From the human T2T-CHM13v2.0 reference genome, Homo sapiens: a stretch of DNA of 64,000 bases. Under the pieces are notes generated by a model that did not search any database, was not told where the DNA came from, and worked only from the letters and a program-made list of their open reading frames with translations. Position numbers and translations under genes: made by a program. The stretch lies in assembly GCF_009914755.1 (NCBI RefSeq), contig NC_060926.1; one strand, given 5' to 3'. Below are positions 1-12,860 of this stretch, piece after piece. Position 1 is the first letter of the stretch; every line of letters starts with the position of its first letter.

Positions 1-1097
1 TAAAGAAAATCAGCAATTTTAACTCTTGGAATGTCTTATAATTTTTTCTTTAGTGGGTCTAAAATTTAGCTGAAATAATTTTCTGCTTTTATAAAATGTT
101 AAGATGTTATGGATAAAATAATTTTGAAAATTTTCATTCATTCATATTAACAAGCTGCTATTAAGCACTTTGTAAATTTAAACTGTACTAACGTGATGTT
201 TTCTTTATCAGGGCATGAAATTAGTCTTGAGATATGTCAGCATACAAATTGAATGTAATTGGATTAGAAAAATTAGAAAAGGATTAGAAAAATTGAATTT
301 TATCAATAGGTCATCAGTTGTAGTTCTATAAATATGAAAGTGTTAATATTTCAAATCACCCCTGGTTTTAAGATAGCTTGTATTGATTTTTTCTTCCTTT
401 TTTCTCCCCCCAACCCCCGAGAAAAACCAGTTGCTTCAATTCAGATGCTCATTTTTTCTTACTTGGTCTATTACAATAAATTACCAATGGACTTACCTAT
501 TTCCAATATCATCTCACTTTATATTTTATTCATTGTAAACTAAGTTTCTAAAATGGAAATTTTAGAATTTCCCTTCTGCTTCTGAAAACACTTCAGTGGC
601 TTTTCATTGGCCCAAACTTTTTGGGGGTAGTATTCAAAAGTTTCATGATTTGGCCCTCATTTGCCTTTCTGATGTCATCATATGTCACTCTCTCCCATAT
701 ACTTTAATGCAAGTTTTGTGATCTCTGAGTACATGTCAAACTTCTACTTTAACTCCACTTGTCATTTGTGTTATGAAGACTGGAAGCCTTCCTTTTCCCC
801 AGGCTTGGGTGAAGCCAAGTGCTTTACATACCTGGAATGTCTTTGTCACAGTAATTTTCAGTTAGTTTGTAATTGCTCATTTAATTAACTTAGTCCCCTC
901 ACTAGATGTGAGTACTTTGAAGGCAGTAATTTTTTTTAAACAATGGGTGCTTAACATTCAATAATAGCTTGTTGATTGTGGTGATTTTATATATTTTGGC
1001 AGTTTTTTAATGTTTTATTTTGAAACTGGAGATTGTCATAATTTTACATAGATAAAGTTGGGCATACTCTAATTTAAATATTGAATATGTTTTACAG

Positions 1098-1141
1098 CCT
1101 TCAGTTTGGAAACCTGCAGAATTATGATTGCCATGTTGGAT
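1098..1141 (+). CDS. GCA: Grancalcin coding exon (44 nt; FSLETCRIMIAMLD), probably exon 4 of 8
   Basis: Acceptor ttttacag| at 1097. Translation FSLETCRIMIAMLD matches the grancalcin/sorcin EF2 entry helix. Donor GTATCCTTG at 1142; joins the next exon in phase 0. Confidence 0.95.
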
Positions 1142-1417
1142 GTATCCTTGAATAGAAATAGAAAATACTAGAATAAAGAGTAATTGCTTTCTGACTATCA
1201 AGCCAGTGGTTAGATTTCAGTGCCTGTAGTAAACTAGTGAATTTAAAAATACTTTGTAAGATCCTGTTTAAATTCTAGGCTTTCTAGTTTTTATGCAGAA
1301 GTCTGTTCATATAATGAGTTTGGCTAAGTCTACAGAAGCATACTCATGTTTTAGTCAATGATTTAGAGTCAGATAAACTCAGGTATCAGAATTTATTTTT
1401 GTTAATAAAACTATCAG
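1142..1417 (+). other. GCA: U12-type (minor spliceosome) GT-AG intron of GCA
   Basis: 5' splice site GTATCCTT equals the U12 consensus. No polypyrimidine tract directly before the AG; degenerate branch-like TTTGTTAAT with its As 12-13 nt upstream of the 3' splice site. Confidence 0.8.
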
Positions 1418-1565
1418 AGAGATCACACAGGAAAAATGGGATTTAATGCATTCAAAGAGCTATGGGCAGCTCTTAATGCCTGGAAGGAAAACTTCATGAC
1501 TGTTGATCAAGATGGAAGTGGCACAGTAGAACATCATGAGTTGCGTCAAGCCATTGGTCTTATGG
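1418..1565 (+). CDS. GCA: Grancalcin coding exon (148 nt; RDHTGKMGFNAFKELWAALNAWKENFMTVDQDGSGTVEHHELRQAIGLM)
   Basis: Acceptor ctatcag|, donor G|gtaag at 1566. Contains EF-hand loops D-RDHTGKMGFNAF and DQDGSGTVEHHE; recognisable grancalcin sequence. Confidence 0.97.
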
Positions 1566-3703
1566 GTAAGAACATTAACATTCTTTAGAATCTATAAAGC
1601 TAATCTTTGTTCTTTGATTAGATGAACTTAATTGCTTCAATTTACTAACTAATAAAGGGATGTATTTTTTTGCCAGCAAGTTCCTTTGTTTGTTTTCAAG
1701 GTTGTAGGTAAATTCTGACCAAAGACCTCAACAAAACCATTTTAATTATGATTTTTTTCAAAAGATGATCTTCCATACATGCATACATTCTGAATTTCTT
1801 CTGTTGTGTTTAAATTTATTTCTTTGTTAGTACTTACCAGTTAGATTGTATTCTTTTATAACTTGGCAGGATCTCTAATTGGGAGCCAAAGCTTGCCTCA
1901 GTCAGTCAAAAGTCTGTACAAAATAGGTTTTCAGTGGTAGAAACCATGTTTTTGTCTTTTTTTTCTTAGATAGTGCAGAACACATAGCAGGTGCCAAAAT
2001 ACATCAGGATGGAAAGGTTGCATTTTAGAGTAATTTAGAAGTATATAACTTTATTCTTATACCTCTGATAAGCTGATGTTCCTAGTGTACTTTTAAAATG
2101 GATAACATACAATGGTGTTTAATTTGCTTAAACTTAATGCAGTTTTAAGTAGCTTTATGAATTGTTCTTATGCTTGTGATTTACACTCTTCTAAACAAAA
2201 TCTATTTGTATGAAAATTAATTTTTTGGAAGTTAAAATCTGAACCCAATGGAAGTGGGCTTATCTCAAATTGCAATTTAAATAAGTCAAATTAGTGATTT
2301 GTTTGGTTTTGTTTTATAAATAGACATTTTAATTTAGTAGTAGGGACAGTCCAGCCCATATAAACATATGTAGTTCAATTATAGATCCTTAATACCTAAT
2401 GGATTAAACCTGGACCTTAATTCAGCCTAATGTTGGGAAATTAATGTAATCTTTGGCAGAAAAGAAAACCTCCAGAGTTCCCGTTAGGCAGTGGAATGTA
2501 AAAAGGGTATTCTGGATTATCCAAATTTAAGATCTTCATGTATATTTTAAAATATTCAAATTATTTTTCTGAGAATACTATGGGAAAATCTAGGAATTTT
2601 ATCAGTACCACATTTAGCTCATAACTCTCTAATATGAAGTTCAAAATATATTTGCATATAATTACATTAGTTTGCATGTTTTACTGCTTCTTTCAATTTA
2701 TACCTTTCCCACATTACATTCTATTATAGCTGCATGTATAATTTTCTCCTGTTACATTTATTTTGGTTGTTTTCACCTTTGAATTGATTAGTGTCATTTG
2801 TTCAAGTCTACAAATCCAGTAATGTATGGGCAATAATACTGGGCTACCATTCTTCTTAGTAAAATGTATACATCTCATTAAATGCATAGGACCATCTATA
2901 AGGGTACAGCAAGTAGAATATATTAATTTATGTTTTTATTCAGTTGTATTCGTTTTAAATTTTAGATTTTATGTATTTTTTAAAATAGGAGTAATCAAAC
3001 AATAATACATGTATAGAATTTAAAATTAATTTAAACATACTGGGAGTGAATGATCAAAAACTTCTTTCTCATTGATATAAGTAAAAATCAAAGATTTTGG
3101 ACATCACAGGACTACTGAACAAAGAACCAAGGAAATCAGTGAAATAGCGAGAAAGCTGTTATTATTATTACAGTGTATGAAGAAACACTAAGAATTCCAG
3201 GACAAAAAAGAATGTTTTTCTGTTTTTTTCCCCTGTAGAGTAATCATGTTGATCCTCAAATTTCTCTTAGTTATAAAAGATACTTGCAAGTAATATGTTC
3301 AGTGGGAAATATCATTTGAATAACAAAGATCATTAGTAATCTTTGCATTTATATTCTTTAAGAACTATACAAAGTTACATACTTGAAATATTGAAGCATT
3401 AAAACCCATGAAATTAGACATTATTTCAAAATAACAATATATGATAAATTCATAAGAAGAGAATTATTTTCTTTTCCTTAGCTTTGACTTTATTACAAAG
3501 TTAGAATTGTGATATTTATATACCGATTAACAGGATTAACAGTGAAGCCTTTGTCTGATGAATTTCAATATTCATGTGTTTTGTTTCTAATTATATTTTT
3601 GTGGAATGAATTTTGAAAGTTATTTTATGACTTAATGAGAAAGCAATCTTGCAGTGTTCTTATGTTATTTACATTTAGAAGTTTTAATTTATCTCTTTTT
3701 TAG

Positions 3704-3817
3704 GTTATAGGTTGAGTCCTCAAACATTAACTACTATTGTTAAACGTTATAGCAAGAATGGCAGAATTTTCTTTGATGATTATGTTGCTTGCTGTGTGAA
3801 GCTTCGAGCATTGACAG
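3704..3817 (+). CDS. GCA: Grancalcin coding exon (114 nt; GYRLSPQTLTTIVKRYSKNGRIFFDDYVACCVKLRALT)
   Basis: Polypyrimidine tract ctcttttttag| and donor G|gtatt. Phase 1-1, in frame with neighbours; penta-EF EF4 region. Confidence 0.97.
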
Positions 3818-4153
3818 GTATTGACTATTTAAAACTAAGTGCACAGTGTTATGTAGCTATTTTTCTTGAATAATGTGTCTCATTTCCTCCAGCAAGTTTA
3901 TAATAATATGTGTTTTCTCCCTTTATTCACTGTTAAATCTAATTAGTTTAAAGGCTTCAAATATTAAGGAATATAAATGATAAAAACGTTATGTTATTTT
4001 TGGAAGTTTTTCTCATATCTCTGTTGCCAGGGCTATTCAATCACTTAATATTTAATTGAATATGAAATTATTCTTTTTGTGTACCTGGGTGCACTAAATA
4101 TTTGAAACTATGTATTTTAAATTACAATAAAAAAGTAATTTCTTTGTTTAAAG

Positions 4154-4212
4154 ATTTCTTTAGGAAAAGAGACCACTTGCAACAAGGGTCTGCGAATTTC
4201 ATATATGACGAT
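4154..4212 (+). CDS. GCA: Grancalcin coding exon (59 nt; DFFRKRDHLQQGSANFIYDD)
   Basis: Acceptor tttgtttaaag|, donor gtgagt at 4213. EF5 region; phases consistent. Confidence 0.96.
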
Positions 4213-4876
4213 GTGAGTATCCTGCTTTTGATATTTATACTGCATTCTAGATAGTTCTCAGTTAGTAAAAAAATTTAAGTGATCCCAAGTACCAGTACTG
4301 GAAATAATATATTTGGTATGCCACATACTTTTCCATATTTTTCAGTGTAACACAAATATAAGATTAATATTGGTATAGGTGCCAAACAATTTGACTTCAT
4401 GTTAAATTGTAAATATGCTTTTCAATTTTTATGACAGGTTTTTTGAATTAAAAAAAAAATGATCTTTCAAATCACTTTTAAGGGCCAAAACCACCATTAT
4501 TTTTAAAAAGGGTAGTTTACTGTAGTGATATTTTTTCTCAGGGAGGGAAAAATTTTAATCCGTGACGGATTATGAAGCTGTTCATTTCTCATTTCAAATG
4601 GTTACTATTAACCTGATATTCAGGGTTTTTTAAAATTCAAGGTATAAGACAGTTATATTTACCTGTGCTTTAATGTTTCAGGGTTTTTGTTTTGTTTTTC
4701 TTATATTTACTGATGGAAGTTATGGGGTCAACATTACTGATATTTATTGGCTTGAATTATAAGCCTTGGAAACAAACTTTTCTCTCTTAAGAAAATGCTC
4801 TTATGGAATATAATTAGTCAAAAATAATTAAAAACCATTTTATTCTTAATAGATAATAATTTCACTTATGTATTAG

Positions 4877-4903
4877 TTTTTGCAGGGCACTATGGCAATT
4901 TGA
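4877..4903 (+). CDS. GCA: Grancalcin terminal coding segment FLQGTMAI-stop (TGA 4901-4903)
   Basis: Acceptor tattag| at 4876. TTT TTG CAG GGC ACT ATG GCA ATT TGA matches the grancalcin C-terminus. Confidence 0.95.
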   Translation, partial: FLQGTMAI

Positions 4904-7300
4904 ATGCTTAGAATTTTAAACCTGAAGAGACACTGTGAATTCTTTTGTTTGGAAGAAGTGAACTGGACTACTTTAAAACTTTTAAGGGTTTTCTATGTTC
5001 TTCCTACCTGTTAAACCTCTTCCCTTTCTGTGTGTTTTTATTTTAGCAGATAGTTCAAAGCAATAAAAGATTTCTTTTTTAATTTGAGGTATTACTGCTT
5101 TTGGAAAAGTTATTTTATAAATATGTGCATATTGTCATAAAATATTGTATGATTAATTGATTTAAATAATGCTTAGCCTTAATTTTAGATAATGTAAATT
5201 TAGAGGAATGTACTTTACAAGATAGATTGTATAAGAAGCCAAATAATGAAAGCCTAGAAAAAACTAATTTATACTTATCTGAAGGTTACAAATTAGACTT
5301 TTAAATTTTCTTTGTAGTTGGTGGTGTTTGAGGGTTGGCTAGAAATGAAAGCCTGGATTTTGTGCCATGTTTGTAATATAGTTTGTTCCTTGATCAAATA
5401 ATCAGAGAAAAGAAACTTAAAGATCTTTGTCTGTGAAGAAGAAAATTATCTCCCTAGTTCAATCTGTAGTGAAATAAGACTACAGAAGGCATTGTTTTTT
5501 CCTTTTTTATTTTTTGTATTATATATTTTTCTTAAATATGTTTTATTGTCTTCTCTAAGCAAAAAGTTCTTAATAAACATAGTATTTCTCTCTGCGTCCT
5601 ATTTCATTAGTGAAGACATAGTTCACCTAAAATGGCATCCTGCTCTGAATCTAGACTTTTTAGAAATGGCATATGTTTTTGATGATATGTCAACATTCAA
5701 AATTGTCCTAATTAAATTGTTGTTTAAATGTAATGTCAACTCTTTATAAACTTAAAAATAAACAAGTAATTAACCACTCTAATTGTTCAGAAATTTTACA
5801 TTTGACTTATTTGACAACATTAACATTAGTGGTGGCTTTGCCATTAAAAACCCAGTAAGTATTTTGAGTGCATCTATGTGATGTGGTGTTTTGAGCATAG
5901 TAGGCACCACAGCAACTTTTCTGCGTGGTACTAAAACTGCCGAAAATGCGACGTAGAATCACCAGATCTTTAGTGTTTAATATCCCTGGTATAAGATGTT
6001 ATAATTAATGTAATTTCTTTCTTGGCAAACACCTCATGTCTGTCTTAGTGAAGATTTAATAAACCACTTATTTTTCTTATGCTTTAAATGTGTATTTTCT
6101 AACCTAACAGTGAGTGACATAATTTTATGACTGCTGACCAAATTAATTTATAGATTTTATAAAATCCCATGTTTCTTAATGGATGGAGGATAGATGGCAA
6201 TATCTTGAACAAAATCTTTTATAAACTTACAGAATTTTAAATCAGCCTTCACTTAAAAAAATCCTGGAAAGGAAGTAACGCATAGTCACTTGACACTGAT
6301 AATTTTATATAATTTGCTGTCAAATTCACTTGGTCAGTTTTATAAAAATGTGTGAATAGGTAATACACATAATTTTGTTCTCTGGCTTTTTTATGAACAT
6401 ATATTTGATAATGTGAGAGGACATTAACTGAGCTGGGAAATTAAAGAAACAGAATTCTAATTAGAAGTGTTGTAGGAAAAAGCAAATGTGAAAACACTAA
6501 GTGTCGTTCACATCGAATGGTGATAATGTCGCTCAGCAACCTGTAATCTTAACATCCAGGTTATACAGATGGTCGTTACTGAACTATTCTGCGGTCGATT
6601 ATGATTATCTCTCTTACTTGGAGGCTCACAGTTGAGGTAAAACTTTTAAAATGACAAATGGTATTATTCATGTAAGCTTCTGCCAGGTGACACTCTATAT
6701 TAGAACTCTTTAACACAATTTTCATTTAAAAATGTTCTTATGACTTTTGGTCATAGAAGGTCTATGAAGGAGCTTCCATGGCCAAACATATTTAGAAACT
6801 CTCACTTTCTAAAGCTTGACAAGGTATATTAGCATCTGAAACCCCAAGGTTAATAAAATCAGTCATGTTTAATTTTATTTGACCCAGTTTTTTCCAAACT
6901 TTTTGACCACAGAACCCCTTTCTCTAGCAAAACCTAACATTCTATGCCGATCCAACTTAATTGCCAGGCAACTCTTCTGCACTTTACATTAAACAGACAA
7001 ACTTATGTTAACAAAAACATTAGGCCTAGAGAATATTTTACCAGAATTTTTATACTGAAATACAGTTCACTTTTTCGATGCTTTAAAAATAACTGATATT
7101 TTTATGATGAACATGACTGTAATATGAATATAGTATAGTAGTTTGCACTGGTTAACTTACACCCCAGTTCTTTTACGATGATGTAAATTATTGAATAATG
7201 TACACTCTTAATGTATAAGTGCTTTTATTTATACAGTAAACATGTTTCCATGTCATTTTGAGAATTTTTTTAATAAACATTCAAATAGCTTGCTGTAAAG
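4904..7300 (+). other. GCA: GCA 3' UTR with several candidate poly(A) signals (e.g. AATAAA at 5062, 5572, 5757, 7272)
   Basis: Follows the stop codon; AT-rich with no evident repeats; AATAAA hexamers seen at the listed positions. The 3' end is inferred. Confidence 0.65.
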
Positions 7301-10300
7301 TTTTGTATCATACAAAATCTGTTACATATATATATATTATGAGATGCTTCAGTTCAAATAACAGTGCAGTAATTCACCTATATCTAAAAGACTGCCAAAT
7401 TATTAAATGTCAGGTATTGCACTTCTATTCTGAGTGGCAGTTTACACATTTTAAATTACATCAAGGGTAAATCAATAGTATGGAAATCTTAATTTGGTCC
7501 ACTTTAAATGTAATTTCAAGGATTTCTCATTTGACCTATTTACACATGCATCCAGAAAAAAGTAACAAAAAATGTAGTCAAGTTATGTTTATTTCCAAAA
7601 AAGGCATTTACCCTAGAAGAAAGTAGAATCTGTTAATACAGTTTAAAGTCTGTGGAGTTAAAAAAAATAACAAAAAATCAATTTGTGATTATTTCTTTAA
7701 GTAAAATATAAGACATTAAGTTTGCCTGTAATCTTATGGCATTACTAAACTGGACAAACAAAATAAATACTCTTTGTCGGAAATGTGCTCTTTGTCTTTT
7801 TACGTTTGACAAACTCTTAAATGATATGTTTTCTTCTGCTTTTCTAGTTTTCTGGGTAATTAATAGAAATAAATTTGTTAATATCTGGTGAATTAAATCT
7901 GATGAGTAAATTCCAAGATTTCTTTCAGGCAGGCATATTCTGTCCCATAAGCTTTAAAATGCAACCATGGGTGTTTTATTACTTTGAAACTTGTGTTAGA
8001 AGATCCCAATTTTTGGGTTGCAATTCAATCATTTACATAGTGAATTAAGCACATCTGAATAAATACATAATGCTAAAATATCATCCAAGAATATGTCTAG
8101 AGTTTATACATAATACTAGATGATACAAATTAAAATATTTAGAACTGGTAAATATTTAGAAGTTATGAGTGCAGACAGGATTTTAAATGAATATTGCTCA
8201 GGTAATTTGAAGTCTAGAATGAGGTCATCATATAGTACATATATTAAACTTTTCCTGTAATTTAGAATTCTGAGCAGAAAACTACTTTCCAGCAAAACAC
8301 TGGGAAACTTAGGAAAAATATTTCTGACTCACTATCAGCTCATTATTTGAATGCTGGGAAATCTGTGCTTTTAATCATTTCCTGCCATATCTCTTTCTAC
8401 TTGTTTTTAAAAATATGTTTTTCTGGCATATAAAGAAAGAGTCTTATATACTTAGCATTCCTTTTTTCCAAGTAGGTTGGTAATATGCAGCTTTGTGTAT
8501 TATTTTGCGAGTATTCAGGACTCAGGTGTGCTTCTGTGTATCTGAATAGTGAGTAGACATTGGCAACACTTCTACATCACTATGATGTGCCATACAGTAA
8601 GAAAATGAGGAAGCTGTTTCCCTATGTGCTAATTATGTTTTCAGATGTGCCCCTTCTGTAACATCAGAGATGGTGGCAATTTGCAAAGCTTACCGGGAGT
8701 GAGAATTGGCCTAGATCATCATTTAATAGCAATATTTGGGAACACTTAGGAGTGATTAGGTCCTAATTCTGACATATTGTGAGAGGTACCCCAATGTTTT
8801 CCCTTAACCATAAAAATGTAAGTATGTACAGATACGTACATACAGATATTTGCATTCTAGTTGACTGTATTATTGAATCAAATTTCATTTTGTTGTAATT
8901 ATTGAATTTTCAAAGGATAACCTGAAGAGTGCTAGTATGAATATCCCAGAAACATACTTATTAAATATTCATTTTTTTGAAAATAATAAGCCATTTTCAA
9001 ATGATTATAAGATTTTTCTGAACTTTTGGATGCATATTTAATTTCCCATAGCTATCTATTTGTGGTACCCTCAGATTTATATTATGGCAAGAGATAATTT
9101 ACGGTAAGTTCTAAAATATGTAGTTTCTTCATATTTAGATTCTCATTTTCTGATCAGCCTTGGTTGTAGATACCAATACAATTTTTTCTGCTATTTGTGT
9201 TTGGTTTTTCTTTTGTCAAAGGGAAATGTTCTCTTGGTGTTCTAAACCCTTAAGATGAAGGTTGGGAAATCTAAGCCACTAAACAGACTCAATAGTCCTT
9301 AGCTTACATGCCACATTATGGCCAACACATTTTATTTACAAGTTTTCTTGAAGGTAGTTTGATATTTTTCCCCTTAAATAATAGAGAAGCAACAGGGGGA
9401 GGAATTAAGAAAGTATGAAACTCGGGCAAAAGAAAATATCTGGATATTTTCATTCTTGCTTAAAAAAATGAAGCAAACGTATGTTATAAAAAGTTATTTG
9501 CACATGAGTTAAAGCCTGTTTATCCACCAGAAATTTTAAGTAAACAATAAATGTTTTAGTCAATCACTGTTGTGGTCTTAACAGGCAATAATAGGTGAAA
9601 TATTATGCTTCTTTAATTTTAGATTTAATGCTTTTTGCCACTCAGTCTATCTTACTAGTGTCCTGATGGAACTCAGTAAAACTGTAGCACTGTTACATGT
9701 GATTTCATGAAATAACATCAGCACCACCATGCCTATATCTAGTACTGTTCCTAGTAAAATGTTGGAAAAAGTTGGCTTCTCTAGTAAAAGTATCCTACTT
9801 AGCTAATGAGATTTACTTTCTTTTTCCCCAAAATAATTTCTTTTACAAATTCTTGAATTTTTCATGTATAAATAGATCAGAAATTATATGCTTCATTCTT
9901 AAATTATGTATATATACTATATTTTCAATACAACTTGTACATTTCTCTTAGCTACCAAAAATTTGCAACCATTTTTTACATGAAATGTACATTTTTCTTA
10001 TTTACAGTTATCTGTAGAAGCTTATTGCAAAACTAGTTGTGCAAGTAGATTACACTGTCAATACCACATACCAATCTTTGAAGAAAATATTTACTAAAAA
10101 ATAAATATTTCTGCACAGAATATTTCAAAAGCGTTATGATTTCATGCTACATTATGTGCATAAAAACTAGGAAATAGTATGTGTTTTGGTAGATTGTTTC
10201 ATTTTGTTTAAAGCATTCCAAGGTACTTACTACTTAGCCAGATGTAAGTGAGCTGCTTTGTATCAGATGACTGACATTTTCAAGTGACTACACACATTCT

Positions 10301-12454
10301 TTTTTGAAATGTATTATTATTTAACTGGTAAACATTCTGGTGTAATACATTTTCCCATCAAAATTATAAAATGCAAATTTCAGCTAAAAAGCGTTAATGT
10401 GCCTTTAATTGAAATCACTAGGTGGCTAGGAGATAAAAACTAGAGATTCCTCAATATTTCTAATCTTATACAACATTTGGAAGAAAGATGCCATATCATT
10501 TCAGTGCTATTATAAATAAAGGGGCATTTGAGGAGACTACGTGAGGGAGTTAATTATAAGATTACTGATCCTTTAATTTTACCCCTAAATAAGAATGATG
10601 AAAATGTGGAATTTCTTATATATCCAAACAATATATGTCAGTATAAATAATACAGTTTAAATGCTAACAGTTGTGATTACTTTCAATATAAAAACATTAA
10701 AATACACAAGAGGAAATACAAAGGATAGAGGTTAAACATAGTGCTTTAAAACCACAGGTATACCAAATTATTTTACATCTTTCAAAACATAAATTAATGG
10801 AAGTCACAGATGTAGTGACTATCATTCAGGGGATTCATCTAATTTTTGACATTAGCTTTTCAAGAATAACTATGTTAATATTGCCACTTCTCATAATAAG
10901 TACTATTTTACTGGCAGTATTTCTTTAATCTTGCTATTCTCATTTAAAAGTTTGATCATGAATGGTACAGCAATGAAATTTGTCAATTGATATGGTTCCG
11001 TGTTCTTAACATTGCATTTCTATAGATGTTTTGATGTATTCGTAGTAATAACATGTTTTAAATAACTTGTTAGTCATCTCTCAATCTCCACTTAATAGTT
11101 TATATACATAAGCCTCACGGTAATTTCCTTTCATGCTTTTGCTTATTAATAATTCATGTCTTTCTGTTAATTTTCTGTATTTGACATTTAACCGAAGTGT
11201 GTTTGTACCACAAATGCATGTGAGGAATTATTCTACTGTTGGGCACTGATCAATCACAACACCTAATACTTTACATTTGAAACATGATCCTTTTAGTTTG
11301 TAAAGTGGTTTAACATCACATCGTAAGTAGAACCACAAGAAAAAACTTTGGGAACATTTGAGGCATGAGGGAGAGAGGGATGAGCTATTGCAAAGCTAGA
11401 AAACAATTGCAATGCAAATGTATAAGTTTATGAATGGTGGACAAAAGCAATATTTAACAAATATAAGGATGCTATCTATACTGGCTTTCGCCTGCTCTGA
11501 GCAACTAGATCTTTGGGAGGCATGTGAAAATGACTTCATAAGTTTTTGTTATACAGTATGAATGTGCATGTTGGGTAAAGGAAAGAGCAACAGAAAGTGT
11601 TTTAGAAGACCTTAAGTAGTGCTACTGCACTACCCCATATTCCACTATCTTTATGATGATGCACAAATCACACACAGATTTACTGTAAGAAATAACGTCC
11701 TTTATGGTTTACAAAGCATTTCTACTTATATTTTCAGAGGATCCTCAACACACCCCTTCAAGATATGTTAGATGCTAACACCATTTTTTATCATTTTGGA
11801 TACTGGGGCTTACTCTGGGTTTGTCCCAAGAATAAATGGAGAAGGTAGAATTTGAATTCAGGTTTACCACATTGAGTCCCCTGCCATTTCCACCGTTCCG
11901 CACAAGAGCTTAGCCAGTTTAAGACTGTGTAACATATCTGTGCAATGAGAGAGTGGCCTAGGGGTCTGAAAACCATTGCAACTGTAAAATTATATTTTCT
12001 GTAAAAATGGAAAATTATATACTTTCAAAATTGTATTTTGTAAATGTATTTTCAGATATCCATCTAAGGACTATATCATAGATCTAAAGAAGGACTTCCA
12101 CAGTGAGCCAGCCTTTATAGAATACATTCTAGTAGTACTGATCGACAGATTACTTTACATACTTGGCATGTATAACATCGATTCAGAGTAGATATGTTTA
12201 TAACAAGGAGATTGACACTCTCACTATTATTGTAAATAGTATTACTTTAAAGCTATAAACCTAATAGTGCAAAATACAATTAAGAGAGATAAAACAATAG
12301 TTACATGTAGGTTTTTCTGAATCAAAAACTTTCATCTTGGCAACAGCTATGTTGTTGGAGACGTTGCACATTGTGCAAAATCTAAATCTTGGGAAATTGT
12401 TCTCCTGATTGTTTTAATGCCATGTTTCTGGACGAGAAACAAGGAACTCAGCAT

Positions 12455-12665
12455 TTTTTGAGCACCTAGTATATGCCAGGCACTTTACTATATTTTATCT
12501 CATTTCTTTCTCAAGCTTCTGTGAGACAGATACCATTGCCTTATTTTTAGAGATTCAAGAAAAAGACTGGGGGAGGTTAACTTGCTCAAGGTCACACAGC
12601 TATTGATGAAAAAACTGGTATTGGAACCCAAGTTGGTCTGATGCAGAATCTATGCTTGCTCTTCT
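12455..12665 (-). mobile_element. MIR SINE fragment
   Basis: gagcacctagtatatgccaggcac...gaggttaacttgctcaaggtcacacagct are antisense MIR hallmarks. Confidence 0.7.
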
Positions 12666-12671
12666 ACATTG

Positions 12672-12860
12672 GTAATTCTCAAATTTTTAGTGTGTGTAAG
12701 GATCACGTGAGGGAGGGCTTGTTAAAAGATGATTGCTGGGTCCCACCCCTAAATTTTCTGATTTACTAGATCTGGGGTGAGGCCAAGAATATGCATTTCT
12801 GCCAAGTCTCCAGGTGATGCTAGTAGTGTTGGTTGGAGGACCACTCTTTGAGGACCACTG
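12672..12860. mobile_element. MER5A-like hAT-Charlie MITE
   Basis: About 190 bp: ttctcaaa...ttgttaaa...gattgctgggtcccacccc...tggggtgaggccaagaatatgcatttct...caggtgatgct...ggaccactctttgaggaccactg. Confidence 0.75.

Noticed and set aside
261-297. GGATTAGAAAAATT direct repeat
   Set aside because: Short local duplication in an AT-rich intron with no functional sign.
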